In this document: positions 61,191-64,000 of the stretch, in pieces
How the letters are laid out: each line of letters starts with the position of its first letter
How positions within the stretch are numbered: position 1 is the stretch's first letter
Source: Trichodelitschia bisporula
Taxonomy: Eukaryota
NCBI GenBank assembly: GCA_010356995.1
Contig: ML996690.1
Coordinates: 561,420 to 625,419 of the forward strand
Length of the DNA: 64,000 nucleotides
Direction of reading: 5' to 3'
Program-made: the position numbers and the translations under genes
Notes under the pieces: generated by a model
Told to the model about the DNA's origin: nothing
The model's input: the letters and a program-made list of their open reading frames with translations, nothing else
Database searches by the model: none

Positions 61191-63947
61191 ATGAAGGGCT
61201 TCCGGCAGAGAGTGGTAAGCACCGCAACCTCTCCTTATGTCAATGTGGCCCCTCGAAGGGGACCCACGAATCATGTTGTGCTTTGGATGGCAATGGCTTA
61301 CCATAATAGCAAGAGCAGCTCTCTAGGAGCAAAGATCCAAGCAAGTCTTCCAAGAAGAAAGACCCGCAAGCCTCCGGCACTGCGTCACCTTCGCACGGTG
61401 GCTCCGCGACCCACTCCCCTGCGGGTTCCGCGCACGCTACGCCAACGTCGTCTCAGACCCAGCTGATAGATCCGCGCAACAAACCTCTTCCGGGTGGTGA
61501 TCCCCTTGCCGGCGCGTCCCATCACGGCGCGTTGCCCGTCGGTTCGCATGCCGGGCCGACCAGCGTGGGTTCCTCGTCACAGTACATTCCGTCGTCGCAT
61601 TCGGCACAACCGGCAGTACAACCTCCGTCTCTGGGTGCCGTTACTGGGCCAGGCGGCGCCAGTAGTGTGTCCGGTGCCACACCTCAACGCTCCGTACACC
61701 ACCTTCCACCCAGCGTGGTGGTCAGTCCCAGCGGTCCCGTACGTGCTCCTCAGCTGAGTTTTGATGGTCTTGCCGAAGCTCAAGCGGACCGTCCCTTCTT
61801 GCTCCGAGAACTGGAGTCTTTGCTGACGAGTACTCTCACTACGCAGCACATCCCTCCCCCTGGCGCGCCTGAAACCATGCCGGGAGACCTTGCTCCCCCC
61901 AAAGCGGGCCAGAAGTCGCTGCTGTTCGATCGTCTACAAGCTACGCCGAAGGATGTGCCGGAGGGCATACGGACGCCGAAGCGCCAGCACTCGTCGCGGT
62001 TTGATATCTCAGACCAACGTCAACGCGAGCTAGAGAAGCTACCCGGCTTTCACGAGGTCCCGCCTAACCGCCGGCAAGAACTTTTTATGCAGAAGATCGA
62101 CCAGTGCAACATCATCTTCGATTTCAACGATGCAAGCGGTGATATGAAGTCCAAGGAGATCAAGCGCCTGGCACTTCATGAGCTTCTTGACTATGTGGCC
62201 AATAACAGGCAGGTCATCACGGAGCCGATGTATCCGCGGGTCGTCGAGATGTTTAGCAAGAACTTGTTCCGTCCGATCCCGCCCCCGATGAACATTCAAG
62301 GCGAGGCCTTCGACCCTGAAGAGGATGAGCCGGTGCTTGAAGTGGCCTGGCCTCACATCCAAGTGGTGTACGAATTCTTCCTGCGCTTTATCGAGAGCCA
62401 GGACTTCAACACCAACGTCGCGAAGCAGTACATCGACCACAACTTTGTGCTTCAGGTAAGATGCCGCCATTTGTTGAGTGTGCAATTTTTGACGATCGGT
62501 AGTTGCTCGAACTGTTCGACTCGGAAGACCCCCGGGAGAGAGATTTCCTCAAAACGACGCTCCACCGAATTTACGGCAAATTCCTGAACCTTCGCTCGTT
62601 TATTCGTCGTTCGATAAACAACGTCTTCTTCCAGTTTGTCTATGAGACGGAGCGGTTCAACGGCATCGCGGAACTGCTTGAGATCCTGGGTTCGATTATC
62701 AACGGCTTTGCTTTGCCGCTGAAAGAGGAGCACAAGCTCTTCCTTACCCGCGTACTGCTCCCGCTGCACAAGGTCAAGAGCCTGAGCATGTATCACCCGC
62801 AGTTGGCTTATTGCATCGTCCAATTTTTGGAGAAGGATGCAGCTCTGACCGAAGAAGTGAGTATGGCCGGACGGAAAGTGGATACGCACTGACTTTTTTA
62901 GGTTGTCTTTGGACTCCTGCGCTACTGGCCAAAGGTCAACAGCACCAAAGAAGTTATGTTCCTCAACGAAGTGGAAGACATCTTCGAGGTCATGGATCCG
63001 GCGGAGTTCGCCAAGGTGCAAGAGAAGTTGTTCACCCAGCTCGCGAAGTCGGTTGCAAGCCCCCATTTCCAGGTAGGAGTATTGCCCATTCTGAGGGTCT
63101 TGCTGACTCTTGCAGGTTGCGGAGCGTGCGCTGTACTTTTGGAACAATGAGTACTTTTGCAATCTGGTCAGCGACAATGTCAGAGTCATCCTCCCAATCA
63201 TGTTTGCTCCGCTCTACGAGAACTCCAAGGGCCACTGGAACCGGTAAGTTCTGGAATATTTCCAGCGGTTAAGGCGCTAACAATTCACAGCACCATTCAT
63301 GGCATGGTCTATAATGCCATGAAGTTGTTCATGGAAGTCGACCACGAGCTCTTTGACGAGTGTTCGCGGGAATATGCCGAGCAACAGAACAACGCACCCG
63401 AGAGGATGATGTCTCGCCAACAACAGTGGGAGCAGCTTGCAGAACTGGCCAAGGCAAGGCAGAACGGCCGTAGTCAGTTGCCTGCTCCACCGGCGAAGGC
63501 TGCCACGCCTCGCACAGAAGAGGGTGACTCTCTGAGCCAGGACAGCCAGCGTCGTCTCGAGGCGCTGCGCCTGCAAGACGAGCCGGTTAGGGAGCGACGG
63601 CCGAAAGAGTACTCAAACTCCTCGTCGGTACGTTAATTTTTTCCCATTCGCTCCAGGTGCTTTGGTGCGTTGCTGTACGACCTTTGGGTGTAGATCCGTG
63701 TACTTTAAGCGACGAATTCTTAGACGTTGTTTTGTTCTTGCGCTTTTTGAGCGGGAGTCTAACATTTTGGCCTCGTTTTCCTCTCTAGAGACGTTCTCAG
63801 CCAGCAGCGGATGATCCGCGAGCCCACCGGTCATCGGGACGGCCCCGCAGCAACAGCCGTCCCGGGTCGTCTGGGAGTGTGGTAACTCCGCCTCCCGGGG
63901 CCGTTTCGCGCAGCAACTCTGCCGGGGCCGTGGCCCGGGTCGTATGA
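61191..63947 (+). CDS. RTS1: PP2A B56/B' regulatory subunit, spliced (stop at 63636 if the last intron is retained)
   Basis: [85 protein letters not shown]. Confidence 0.95.
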
Positions 63948-64000
63948 CGACTGTTTTTCCTTTTTGCGATGTTTCATCTTCTGGCGCTTGCACAACACGC

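Noticed and set aside
1..64000. Transposons, LTRs, CRISPR arrays, rRNA
   Set aside because: No transposase, RT or integrase motifs, terminal repeats, AT-rich RIP blocks, repeat-spacer arrays or rRNA signatures seen.

Overview
Gene-dense, intron-rich eukaryotic DNA from a filamentous ascomycete (Pezizomycotina; short GT..CTAAC/CTGAC..YAG introns). I read about 21 intact protein genes, mostly housekeeping: Tgl4-type lipase, cytochrome-b5/acyl-CoA dehydrogenase, GH92 mannosidase, MSD1, AP180/YAP1801, a Cys-rich GPI protein, KHA1, Rrn9-like, ACSF3-like synthetase, BolA, a PLP aminotransferase, ADP1, Irc21-like cytochrome b5, MAP1, ERV14, PRP17, ADE6, TFC1 and RTS1. There are two RNA genes (intron-containing tRNA-Leu(CAA) and U2 snRNA) and a disabled NACHT/NLR-type gene at the left edge. 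No transposon, CRISPR array or secondary-metabolite cluster is supportable, and I cannot demonstrate a new multi-gene system. The best leads are: a three-exon orphan secreted protein with N/Q/P/W/Y tetrapeptide repeats that the ORF track misses; the RIP-like NLR pseudogene; a head-to-head ACSF3/BolA pair, each with two in-frame start codons; a membrane-anchored GH92; a U2 stem-I variant; and a recurring C-rich to G-rich switch at gene 3' ends. All family calls are by motif recognition, with no database search; exon boundaries were read by eye.
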